Both the position numbers and the translations under genes were made by a program. Below are positions 37,694 through 45,999 of a stretch of DNA of 64,000 nt, in pieces. Numbering within the stretch: the stretch's first letter is position 1; every line of letters begins with the position of its first letter. The notes below the pieces were generated by a model that saw only the letters and a program-made list of their open reading frames with translations, made no database searches and had not been told where the DNA came from. Source of the DNA: an uncultured Ruficoccus sp. (GTDB lineage Bacteria > Verrucomicrobiota > Verrucomicrobiia > Opitutales > Cerasicoccaceae); the NCBI GenBank assembly GCA_965140785.1, contig OZ223519.1:224001-288000 (forward strand), in the 5' to 3' direction.

Positions 37694-38608
37694 GTGTCTT
37701 CCAAATCGTCCTCTCCTCAACCCTCCCTTATCATTTTTGGCTGTGGCTATGTCGGCAGCGAAGTCGCTCGGCAGGCCCTGCAAAAGGGCTGGCAGGTCCG
37801 CGCCCTGACCCGTAACGCGGAGAAGGCCGAGGCCCTGCGCGAACTGGGGTTGACCCAGGTCGAAGTGGCCGATCTCGACAGCCGCGAGTGGCACGACAAG
37901 TTCGAGCCCGAGCAGGACTTTGTCCTGAACTGCGTGAGCTCCGCCGGGGGCGGGCTCGACGGCTATCGCAAGTCCTACATCGAGGGGCAGCGCTCGATCC
38001 TGGAGTGGGCAGCCGGCTGGCATATCGGCACCTACGTCTATACCGGTGCGACCAGTGTGTACCCGCAGGCCGACGGCGAGTGGGTGGACGAAACCGCCTC
38101 CAGTGAAAACGCCTCTGATCACGGCAGCCTGCTGCTGGAGTCCGAAGAGCTGCTCAAGGGCGCGCGGGGGCTGAGCCGGTGGTTTGTGCTGCGTCTGGCC
38201 GGGATTTACGGGCCAGGTCGGCACTACTTTGTGGACATGCTGCGGGCGGGCAAAACAGAGTTCCCGGGCTCGGGCGAAACCTGGCTCAACCTCATCCACC
38301 GCGACGACATTGCGCGGGCGGTTTTCGCCGCCTTCGAGGCACCGGCCGAGATCGCCAACCGCATTTACAATGTGGCCGATGGCCACCCGGCCCCGCGTGG
38401 CGAGATCATCGGCTGGCTGGCGCAGCAGTGCGGGCAGCCCGCCCCGACCTTCGAGCCCGCGCAGTCGCGCGCACGTGACAGCGGGCGGCGCTCGGCGGGC
38501 GGGCAACTGCCAAACCGCCGCATCGACGCCGGACTGATTCGGAAGGAGCTTGGGTGGGAGCCGGCTTATGTTACATTTCGTGACGGCTTCACCGAAGTGT
38601 TACAGTAA
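37694..38608 (+). CDS. NAD-dependent epimerase/atypical SDR (YeeZ-like)
   Basis: IFGCGYVG, LRLAGIYGPGR, NLIHRDD; start uncertain (GTG 37694). Confidence 0.85.
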   Translation: MSSKSSSPQPSLIIFGCGYVGSEVARQALQKGWQVRALTRNAEKAEALRELGLTQVEVADLDSREWHDKFEPEQDFVLNCVSSAGGGLDGYRKSYIEGQRSILEWAAGWHIGTYVYTGATSVYPQADGEWVDETASSENASDHGSLLLESEELLKGARGLSRWFVLRLAGIYGPGRHYFVDMLRAGKTEFPGSGETWLNLIHRDDIARAVFAAFEAPAEIANRIYNVADGHPAPRGEIIGWLAQQCGQPAPTFEPAQSRARDSGRRSAGGQLPNRRIDAGLIRKELGWEPAYVTFRDGFTEVLQ

Positions 38609-38650
38609 AGGCTTTGCCAGCCGGGGGGCGGTTGTGGCTTTTCTGAAAGC

Positions 38651-40045
38651 ATGCCGCCTCTCGCTCGATTCGGACTCTGGTGTGTCCTGTCGGCTTTGCT
38701 GACCGCGCTGCCCGTATTCGCGGCAGACGAGGAGCTGATTCGGCTGCTGGAGGAGAAGGGCTACCTCAGCCAGAAAGAGGCGGACGAGATCCTGCAAAAC
38801 CAGGGCGAGTTCACCTTCAAGCCCAACACGCCGCGGACGGAGGAGCTGAGTGTGGGCGTCATGTTGCAGTTCCAATACAACTACATGGAGGTGCATAATG
38901 ACGGAGGCGCTAATCCGGCCACGCGGAATAACTTCCAGCTCCGCCGGGCCTATCTGATTTTACAAGGTGAGATCGGCGACGGCTTCGGCGCGGTGTTCGT
39001 GCCGAACTTCGGGGACGGTAAGGTGCGGCTGGACCACGCCTATCTTTACAAGACGGTGGAGAACCCGGATATCAATCTGTATGCCGGGCTGCGCAAGGTG
39101 AGATTCGATCGGGAGTCGTACGGCTCCACGGAAAAGCTGCGTACGGTCGAGCGCTCCATCGTGACCGAGTACTGGGGCAACGATACCGGCACCGAGAACG
39201 AAATCCCCGAGGGCACGGAGGCCGACGGCGACTTGGGCTTCGCCGCCCAGCACATGGGCCTCTTTGGGGACTGGGAAATCGACGACAACTACGGGCTGGA
39301 GGTTGCGCTGGTCAACGGCTACGCCTCCTACCTGCCGGGTAATAATTTTCAGAACAAGCTCGGCGCCTATGTGCAGTTGCGCACGGCCTGGGACCTGGCC
39401 GCCTCCAAAGACGAAAAGATGACCCTCGAGGCCGGGATCAACACCGGCTTTCAGCCCTCGGGCAATTCCTTCTGGCAGCCGACCGTCGATGGCACGAGTG
39501 CGACTATGCGGATCGGCAACTCCGACTCCGACGCCTCCTCCATCGGCGTGAACCCCTACGTGGCTTTCCAGTGGGAGGATTTCATGCTTTCGGGCGAGTT
39601 TCTCATGAACTGGATCGAGCACGGCAAGCTCTACACCAACAGCCAGCTCGTCGCCAGTGTGGGTGGCAGCTCACCGGCCTCCGGGCAGGCGATGCCCTGG
39701 GGGGTAATCGTCACACCCTCGTACCGTTTTTATGAAGACTACGAGGTGGTCTTTCAGTATGCGTTTTTGAACACGGACGGCCGTGGGGCCCAGGTGGACC
39801 GGACCATCCCCAACGCGCCCGATGCGGGGCGGCTGTTTTTCAACGAGGCGCAGTCCTACTACCTCGGGTTCAACTGGTACATCTTCGGCGACGACCTCAA
39901 GCTCCAGTTCGGCTACAATTTTATCCAGTACTCCGGCCAGTACACCCTGCCAAGCGGGGGCGTGGTGACGGCGAACGACGGGAGCTTCAACGGCCCCGGC
40001 TACGACGTGCATGTCTTCCGCACCCAGCTCCAGGTGGTCTTTTAG
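38651..40045 (+). CDS. Outer-membrane porin (phosphate-selective porin O/P-like)
   Basis: Signal peptide, LIRLLEEKGYLS N-terminal motif, FQLRRAYL, TVERS, LGFNWY...LKLQ, C-terminal RTQLQVVF. Confidence 0.75.
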   Translation: MPPLARFGLWCVLSALLTALPVFAADEELIRLLEEKGYLSQKEADEILQNQGEFTFKPNTPRTEELSVGVMLQFQYNYMEVHNDGGANPATRNNFQLRRAYLILQGEIGDGFGAVFVPNFGDGKVRLDHAYLYKTVENPDINLYAGLRKVRFDRESYGSTEKLRTVERSIVTEYWGNDTGTENEIPEGTEADGDLGFAAQHMGLFGDWEIDDNYGLEVALVNGYASYLPGNNFQNKLGAYVQLRTAWDLAASKDEKMTLEAGINTGFQPSGNSFWQPTVDGTSATMRIGNSDSDASSIGVNPYVAFQWEDFMLSGEFLMNWIEHGKLYTNSQLVASVGGSSPASGQAMPWGVIVTPSYRFYEDYEVVFQYAFLNTDGRGAQVDRTIPNAPDAGRLFFNEAQSYYLGFNWYIFGDDLKLQFGYNFIQYSGQYTLPSGGVVTANDGSFNGPGYDVHVFRTQLQVVF

Positions 40046-40050
40046 CGGGG

Positions 40051-40147
40051 TTAGAGCAGTTCCAATAAAATCGTAGCCCCTGTCGAAATGCATAATGGCT
40101 AATTGTTGTTTTCTACTCTGAGCTACAGTTTTTTTGAATCGCACTAA
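40051..40147. repeat. MITE-like element with degenerate terminal inverted repeats
   Basis: TTAGAGCAGTTCCAATAAAATCGTAGC versus GCTACAGTTTTTTTGAATCGCACTAA (20/27 complementary); AT-rich core. Confidence 0.35.
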
Positions 40148-40201
40148 GCCGCGTGTGGTAAGTTTTCGGCATAATTGGGGGGGCAGTTTTGATACTTTGG
40201 T

Positions 40202-40313
40202 TCTGCGATTGGCGAGGGCAGCGATAAGCTGCCCTCGCCAATCGCAGAGACGATGCTGTAAGCATCGGAAGTGCAGGCTATGCCTGCCGCGGGCGCGGGC
40301 TGCGTAAGCCCGC
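40202..40313. repeat. Four tandem hairpins, the first with a perfect 21-bp stem
   Basis: Hairpins at 40202-40248 (21 bp), 40251-40267 (7 bp), 40273-40287 (6 bp) and 40295-40313 (7 bp). Confidence 0.7.
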
Positions 40314-40346
40314 AATCAATAGGCCGTGAACTTCAAACTCACCACA

Positions 40347-41189
40347 CTAGATGCGCGTGTCGATGCTTTCCTCGCCGCCCCACATGAGCTTGCTGCGCAG
40401 GATGCGGAAGTGCGAGTAGTTGGGGGGCTGGAGCAGGGGCACGGTCATGTCGGCCTTATGCACATGCAGCGGGAGCTTGCGGTTTTGAAAGGCGAGGTTG
40501 CCGTCCACCGAGATGATCGGGGGCTTGCGGTCGGGGGAGCTGGTGATGCTTAGCCGCGAGCCGGGAGGAAAGATCATGCTGCGGTTGGTCAGGGTGTGCG
40601 CGCAGATCGGCGTCATCCCGATGACGTTGGAGTGCGGGTGGATGATCGGGCCCCCGGCGGAAAGGTTGTAGGCGGTGGAGCCGGTCGAGGTACAGAAGAT
40701 CAGCCCGTCGGCCCAGTAGTCGGTCACCAGTTCGTCGTCGCAGGTCACACGCAGGCCGATCAACCCCTGGGTGTCGGGGCTTTTCAGGACCACGTCGTTG
40801 AAGGCATAGGCCTCCTCGCCTTCGGCGCAGATGCACCGCAGGATGGAGCGCTCCTCGACCAGGTACTCGCCGCCGAGGATCTGCTTGAACTGCCACTGCG
40901 CCTCCTCGACCGAGAAGGTGGCCAGAAAGCCTAGCTTGCCCTGGTTGATGCCGAAGACCGGGACACGGTGGGTCATCGACTCGGGCACGGCGGAGAGCAG
41001 GGTGCCATCGCCGCCGAGCACGCAGCAGGCGTCCATGCCTTTTAAAAAATCCTTCTCCAGTGGGTGACTGGTGGTGAGACGGCTCTCAACGCCCGCCTCA
41101 TCACAGAGCCGGGTCAGCATCTTGCCCAGTTCCTGTGCGCCGGTCTTCTGTGCGTTGAGGACGAGGGCGATTTTCGAAATGGGCTTCAT
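40347..41189 (-). CDS. nadK: NAD(+) kinase
   Basis: GGDGT, GKLGFL, FND, DGLIFCTSTGSTAYNLSAGGP. Confidence 0.95.
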   Translation of the reverse strand: MKPISKIALVLNAQKTGAQELGKMLTRLCDEAGVESRLTTSHPLEKDFLKGMDACCVLGGDGTLLSAVPESMTHRVPVFGINQGKLGFLATFSVEEAQWQFKQILGGEYLVEERSILRCICAEGEEAYAFNDVVLKSPDTQGLIGLRVTCDDELVTDYWADGLIFCTSTGSTAYNLSAGGPIIHPHSNVIGMTPICAHTLTNRSMIFPPGSRLSITSSPDRKPPIISVDGNLAFQNRKLPLHVHKADMTVPLLQPPNYSHFRILRSKLMWGGEESIDTRI

Positions 41190-41215
41190 CGGGCAGAGCA
41201 GGTGAAGGGCACAGG

Positions 41216-41968
41216 CTAATCTCCGGTCTTGGTCAGACCAAGCAAAAACTCCCGGTTGCCGTCGCCGCCGGTGACGGGGCAGTCCATCTCGCCGATCACC
41301 AGGCAGCCGCTCAGGTTGCCCTCGGCGAAGAGGCGTACGGTCTGGAGGGTCCGCTGGCGTACGGCCTCGTCGCGGATGATGCCCTTGGTCCGGCGGGTTT
41401 CCTCCGGCCCGGCCTCGAACTGCGGCTTGACCAGCGCGACGAGGAGTCCGCCGGGAGCGAGCAGGGGCCAGACGGCGGGCAGGACCTGGGTCAGGGAAAT
41501 GAAGGAGAGGTCCATCGTGACCAGCTCGTAGGCGGGGCGGGGCAGGGCGAAGGGGTCGAGGTGCCGGGCGTTGAGGCCCTCGAAGTTGGCCACGCGCGGG
41601 TCGGCCAGCAGGGTCGGGTGGAGCTGGCCGTGGCCGACATCGATGCAGGTGGCGCTGACTGCTCCGGCCTGGAGGGCGCAGTCGGTGAAGCCCCCGGTCG
41701 AGGCACCCACATCGAGCAGGTTGCGCCCGGTCAGGTCCGCCGGGAAGCGCTCCAGGTACGCCGCCAGCTTGTCGCCCCCGCGGCTGACGAAGCGGGGCGG
41801 GTTCTCCACCCTCAGGGGGGTGTCGGCGGGCAGGGCGCGGCCGGGTTTGGCGAGCGGTTCGCCCCCGGCTAGGCTCACCCGGCCCTCCAGGATGAGACGT
41901 CTGGCCTGGCTGCGGCTGGCGGCTTGGCCGGAGCGGACGAGGAGGTCATCGGCGCGGATTTTGTCCAT
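41216..41968 (-). CDS. tlyA: TlyA family rRNA 2'-O-methyltransferase
   Basis: S4 domain, VSRGGDKL, DVGASTGGFTD, DLSFISL, LVKPQFE, GNREF. Confidence 0.93.
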   Translation of the reverse strand: MDKIRADDLLVRSGQAASRSQARRLILEGRVSLAGGEPLAKPGRALPADTPLRVENPPRFVSRGGDKLAAYLERFPADLTGRNLLDVGASTGGFTDCALQAGAVSATCIDVGHGQLHPTLLADPRVANFEGLNARHLDPFALPRPAYELVTMDLSFISLTQVLPAVWPLLAPGGLLVALVKPQFEAGPEETRRTKGIIRDEAVRQRTLQTVRLFAEGNLSGCLVIGEMDCPVTGGDGNREFLLGLTKTGD

Positions 41969-42054
41969 GGTCGGGCGGGTCGGTGGGAGATTTTCAGAAA
42001 GCACGGAATCGCCGTCATTCCGAGTCAAATTGCGGTTCGCGTGGATTTTTTCAT

Positions 42055-42100
42055 TTGACAGAGGGGGCGAAGTGGGATGATTTGGGTCGAAGTGGAACGA
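42055..42100 (+). promoter_or_regulatory. dcw promoter with MraZ-binding direct repeats
   Basis: TTGACA (42055-42060), then 10-bp-periodic AGGGG/GTGGG/TTGGG/GTGGA at 42062, 42072, 42082 and 42092. Confidence 0.75.
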
Positions 42101-42120
42101 ATCTCCTCCATCTTCTCTCC

Positions 42121-42576
42121 ATGATTTCCTTTGAACAGGGCCTTTATGCTGGAGAACACCGGCATAATCTGGACGCCAAAAAGCGTCTGACGGTCCCGTC
42201 GAAATGGCGTTTCGACGGGGACGAGAATGCTCTGTACCTCGCCTTTGCCGACCCCAGCGGCTGCGTGACCGTTTATCCGCCCAAGATGGTGGAGCAGCTC
42301 AAGGCCCGCTTGTCCTCAATCAGCCTGGGTGACAAGAAAGGCCAGCGCGCGATCATGCGGCTGCTCGGGCAGTCGGATCAGTTCACTTTTGACAAGAACG
42401 GACGCATCAACCTCAACGACCGCCTCTACCGGCACGCCGGGATCGAGAAGGAGGTCGTGCTGGTGGGCACCGTGAACAAATTCCACCTCTGGGAGCCGGA
42501 CCGCTACGAGGCCTACATCGAGGCCGACGAAGACGACGGCGATCTCAGCGATGTCCTCACCGAACTCGGACTCTAA
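42121..42576 (+). CDS. mraZ: Division/cell-wall cluster transcriptional repressor MraZ
   Basis: LDAKKRLTVPSKWR and FDKNGRI repeats; first gene of the dcw cluster. Confidence 0.93.
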   Translation: MISFEQGLYAGEHRHNLDAKKRLTVPSKWRFDGDENALYLAFADPSGCVTVYPPKMVEQLKARLSSISLGDKKGQRAIMRLLGQSDQFTFDKNGRINLNDRLYRHAGIEKEVVLVGTVNKFHLWEPDRYEAYIEADEDDGDLSDVLTELGL

Positions 42577-42614
42577 CTTTACAACGTTTCTTCTTTTTTA
42601 ACCGAACACCAACC

Positions 42615-42821
42615 ATGAGAATCAGCCAGGAACTCTATAACGCCGGTATCCTGGGGCGCCAGGAAACCCGTAAACCGACCACCTTCGAGGTGGTTGCCCG
42701 TCACGCCCCGCGCTTTGGCGAGGGCGGTCCTCTGTTCGAGGCCTTCCAACGCCGCGAGCAGTCCACCAAAGTCAACGCCCGCGGATGGAGAGCCCTCTCC
42801 CATGTGCTTCGCCTTCGCTAG
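42615..42821 (+). CDS. Putative 68-aa small protein between mraZ and rsmH
   Basis: ATG after an A/C-rich leader; fills the 273-bp gap; GC-rich third codon positions. Confidence 0.5.
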   Translation: MRISQELYNAGILGRQETRKPTTFEVVARHAPRFGEGGPLFEAFQRREQSTKVNARGWRALSHVLRLR

Positions 42822-42849
42822 GTCGGCATGGGACGCCCTCGTTTATAAG

Positions 42850-43794
42850 ATGGCCGGTCACCTGCCCGTGATGCTGCGAGAGGTGCTCGCTCTCCTCGCG
42901 CCGCAGCGGGGCGGGCATTACCTGGACGGCACTTTCGGCGGCGGCGGCCACAGCCGCGCTATCCTGGAGGCCAGTCCGGAGGTTCGGCTGACCGCGTTGG
43001 ACCGCGACCCGGAGGCCGCCCTGCGGGCCCAGCGATTCCGCGAGGAGTTCGGCCACCGTTTCACTTTTCACCACCTGGAGTTTTCTCAACTACAAACACT
43101 GACTGATCAAGATTACGCCGGGGCTCTTTTCGACCTCGGCGTATCCTCTTTCCAACTCGACGAGGCCGAACGCGGCTTCTCCTTCGGCAAACCCGCCCCC
43201 ACCGACATGCGTATGGACCCCGACTCCGGCCAGAGTGCCGCCGACTTTCTCGAGACCGCTCCCGAGCGCGATCTCGTGCATGCGGTGCGCGACCTGGGCG
43301 AGGAGCAGTCCTGGCGCCGGGTGTGCCGGGCGATCGTCGATGCCCGTGGCACGGGTGCGCTCGCCCGGACCGACTCGCTGGCCGAGCTGGTGGCCGCGGC
43401 CATCCCGAAGCGCGGCGGCAAGCCCGCCCGTATCCATCCGGCGACCCGGACCTTTCAGGGCATCCGCATGGCGGTCAACGACGAGTTGGGCGTGCTGGAG
43501 CGCATGCTCCCCGCCGCCTTCGCGCGGCTGGCCGTGGGCGGCGTCCTGGCCGTGATCACTTTCCACTCACTGGAAGACCGTCCGGTGAAACGCTTTTTCA
43601 ACCGCCTGGCGGGCCGTCCCGAGCACGCCGGCGACTCCCGTCCCCAGGACGAGCGGGTCAAGCTGGCCGAGCTGCTGACACGCCGCCCGCTGAGCCCGGA
43701 CGAGGACGAACTGACCGCCAACCCCCGGAGCCGTTCGGCCAAGCTGCGCGCCGTGCGCAAGCTTGAGAGCGCTCCCGAACTTCAACCTGCCTGA
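42850..43794 (+). CDS. rsmH: 16S rRNA m4C1402 methyltransferase RsmH
   Basis: HLPVM, DGTFGGGGHS, DLGVSS, RGFSF, HPATRTFQ, FHSLEDR, NPRSRSAKLR. Confidence 0.96.
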   Translation: MAGHLPVMLREVLALLAPQRGGHYLDGTFGGGGHSRAILEASPEVRLTALDRDPEAALRAQRFREEFGHRFTFHHLEFSQLQTLTDQDYAGALFDLGVSSFQLDEAERGFSFGKPAPTDMRMDPDSGQSAADFLETAPERDLVHAVRDLGEEQSWRRVCRAIVDARGTGALARTDSLAELVAAAIPKRGGKPARIHPATRTFQGIRMAVNDELGVLERMLPAAFARLAVGGVLAVITFHSLEDRPVKRFFNRLAGRPEHAGDSRPQDERVKLAELLTRRPLSPDEDELTANPRSRSAKLRAVRKLESAPELQPA

Positions 43795-43797
43795 GCC

Positions 43798-44217
43798 ATG
43801 CATTACTTCAAAGACCTGAACTCTTACCGTTGGATTTCGATCGGCCTGTGCCTGGCCATCCTGCTGGTGGCTGTGGGCGGTTCGCTCGGCATCGTGTGGA
43901 TGCGCACCCAGATGACCGGCACGGCCCGCAACGTGGCGCAGATGGAGAAAGACCTGCGCGCCCTCGACAACGACAACGCCTCCCTGTCGGCGCGCATGGC
44001 CCGTGCCCACAACCCGGAATTTCTCATCACGCACATGCCCGCCGGTCTGCGCCCCACCAACGGCAACCAGATCGTGTGGATCCAGACCAGCGCCGCTCCT
44101 TCCTATGTGGCCCAGGCCCGCCAGAGTGCGCCCACCGAAATCGCCGCCAACACCAGCGCGGCTTCCGTCTCCTTTGACCTCGCCCTGATCAACCAGCCCC
44201 GGGACCCGCAGCCCTGA
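43798..44217 (+). CDS. ftsL: Cell division protein FtsL-like
   Basis: Single TM helix + coiled coil, located between rsmH and ftsI. Confidence 0.6.
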   Translation: MHYFKDLNSYRWISIGLCLAILLVAVGGSLGIVWMRTQMTGTARNVAQMEKDLRALDNDNASLSARMARAHNPEFLITHMPAGLRPTNGNQIVWIQTSAAPSYVAQARQSAPTEIAANTSAASVSFDLALINQPRDPQP

Positions 44218-45992
44218 TGAACCGCTCCTTCGTCTCCAGTTTTCGCTTTATCCTGATCGTCGTCGGCATCGTCGCTTGTTTCGCCGTCGTCTTCAGCCGT
44301 CTGTTCTTTTTGCAGGTGGTCGATCAGGAAAAACTGAGCCGGATCGTCGAGAGCAACCGCAAGACCTTCCAGATCATCAGCGCCCGTCGCGGCGACATCG
44401 TGGATTCGCGCGGGGAACTGCTGGCCACGACGAACGAGGTTTATCAGGTCGGGGTGGACCCGCAGTCGGTCAAGGAAGAGGACTACGAAAAGATTTCTGC
44501 GCTGGCCGCGATCCTGCGTGTGCCCGAGGCCGAGGTGCGGGAGAAGTTCGACGATCGCCTGCGCGAGGTCAACGGCCCTGACGGCCCCGAGCTGCGCGAC
44601 ATCCACTGGCACAAGTTGGCCGACAATGTCAGCCGCGACGCGCTCATGCGCATCCGCGACCTGGAGATCCGGGCCGTTTACGGAAACCCGCAGTACCGCC
44701 GTATTTATCCCTCGACCTCGCTGGCCGCCCACACGGTCGGTTTTATTAATAAAGAAGAGACCGCCGTTGCCGGGGTGGAGAGCTGGTTGGACTTTTACCT
44801 GCGCGGCCAGGACGGTTGGCGCGAGGCCGAGCGCGACGGGCGTCGCCGTGAGCTGGCGCAGTTCCAGACCCGTGAGGTGCAGCCGCGCTCCGGGCTCAAT
44901 GTCGAGCTAACCCTCGATATGGTCATCCAGCACTTCGCCGAGGAGCAGGTGCTCGAACTGGTCAAGGAGTACCAGCCCAAGGGTGTGACTATCATCGTCA
45001 GTGAGCCGACCACCGGTTACCTGCTGGCCCTGGCCAATTACCCGAGCTTTAACCCGAATGTCTTCTGGAAGTCGTCCCAGGAAGCGCTGCGCAACCGGGC
45101 CCTGACCGACGTTTACGAGCCGGGCAGCACCTTCAAGATCGTGGCCGCCTCTGCCGCGCTCGAAGAGCGCCTCATCCGTCCCGAGGATGAGCTCGACTGT
45201 AGCCTCAGCTCGGTCGAGTACAAGGGGCGGGAACTGCGCCTGCCCGCCGACGACCACGCCATGGGCAAGATTTCCATGGAGGAAGTCGTGGTCAAATCCA
45301 GCAACCGCGGCGCCGCCCTGTTGGGCATGCGCCTGGGCGAGGACCGCCTTTACAAGTACGCCCGTGCTTTCGGCTACGGCGAAAAGACCGACCTGGGCCT
45401 GAGCGGGGAATCCCGCGGTCTGCTGGCCGAGCCGAAGAATTGGGACGGGCTGACCATCAGCCGCCTGCCTATGGGGCACGCCGTCGGCGCGACACCCTTA
45501 CAAGTGCACATGGCTATGGCCACCGTGGCCAACCGTGGCGTGCTCATGCAGCCCCAAGTCGTGCGCCGGCTTTTCGACGATCATGGAGACACCGCCGTGG
45601 CCTTCGATCCGGTCGCCCGCCGCCGCGTGATCTCCTCCGACACGGCCCGGACGCTGGCCGGCATGCTGGCCAAGGTCTGCACCAACGAGGGCACCGCCCG
45701 CCAGGCCGCCATCCCCGGTTACGAACCGGCGGGCAAGACGGGCACGACCCAGAAGATCGTGGACGGGCAGTACTCCAGCCATCACCACGTCGCCTCTTTC
45801 AGCGGGTTTTTCCCGGCTTCTTCCCCGGCTCTGGTCATCACCGTTGTGGTGGATGACCCTCAGCTCCCAGGTATCGGCTACGGCGGCAAGGTCGCCGCGC
45901 CGGTCTTCAGCGAACTGGCCAAGAAGTGTGCAGCCTACCTCGGCATCCCGCCGAGTGAGGAGAAACCCATGCTGGCTCTTTCTGAAAGGTGA
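44217..45992 (+). CDS. ftsI: Division transpeptidase FtsI (class B PBP)
   Basis: RGDIVD, EPGSTFK (SxxK), KSSN (SxN), GKTGT. Confidence 0.93.
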   Translation: MNRSFVSSFRFILIVVGIVACFAVVFSRLFFLQVVDQEKLSRIVESNRKTFQIISARRGDIVDSRGELLATTNEVYQVGVDPQSVKEEDYEKISALAAILRVPEAEVREKFDDRLREVNGPDGPELRDIHWHKLADNVSRDALMRIRDLEIRAVYGNPQYRRIYPSTSLAAHTVGFINKEETAVAGVESWLDFYLRGQDGWREAERDGRRRELAQFQTREVQPRSGLNVELTLDMVIQHFAEEQVLELVKEYQPKGVTIIVSEPTTGYLLALANYPSFNPNVFWKSSQEALRNRALTDVYEPGSTFKIVAASAALEERLIRPEDELDCSLSSVEYKGRELRLPADDHAMGKISMEEVVVKSSNRGAALLGMRLGEDRLYKYARAFGYGEKTDLGLSGESRGLLAEPKNWDGLTISRLPMGHAVGATPLQVHMAMATVANRGVLMQPQVVRRLFDDHGDTAVAFDPVARRRVISSDTARTLAGMLAKVCTNEGTARQAAIPGYEPAGKTGTTQKIVDGQYSSHHHVASFSGFFPASSPALVITVVVDDPQLPGIGYGGKVAAPVFSELAKKCAAYLGIPPSEEKPMLALSER

Positions 45993-45999
45993 TTGAATA

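Noticed and set aside
42694..42849. N-terminal extension of RsmH
   Set aside because: Homology starts at MAGHLPV (42850); the overlapping 68-aa frame is the better candidate
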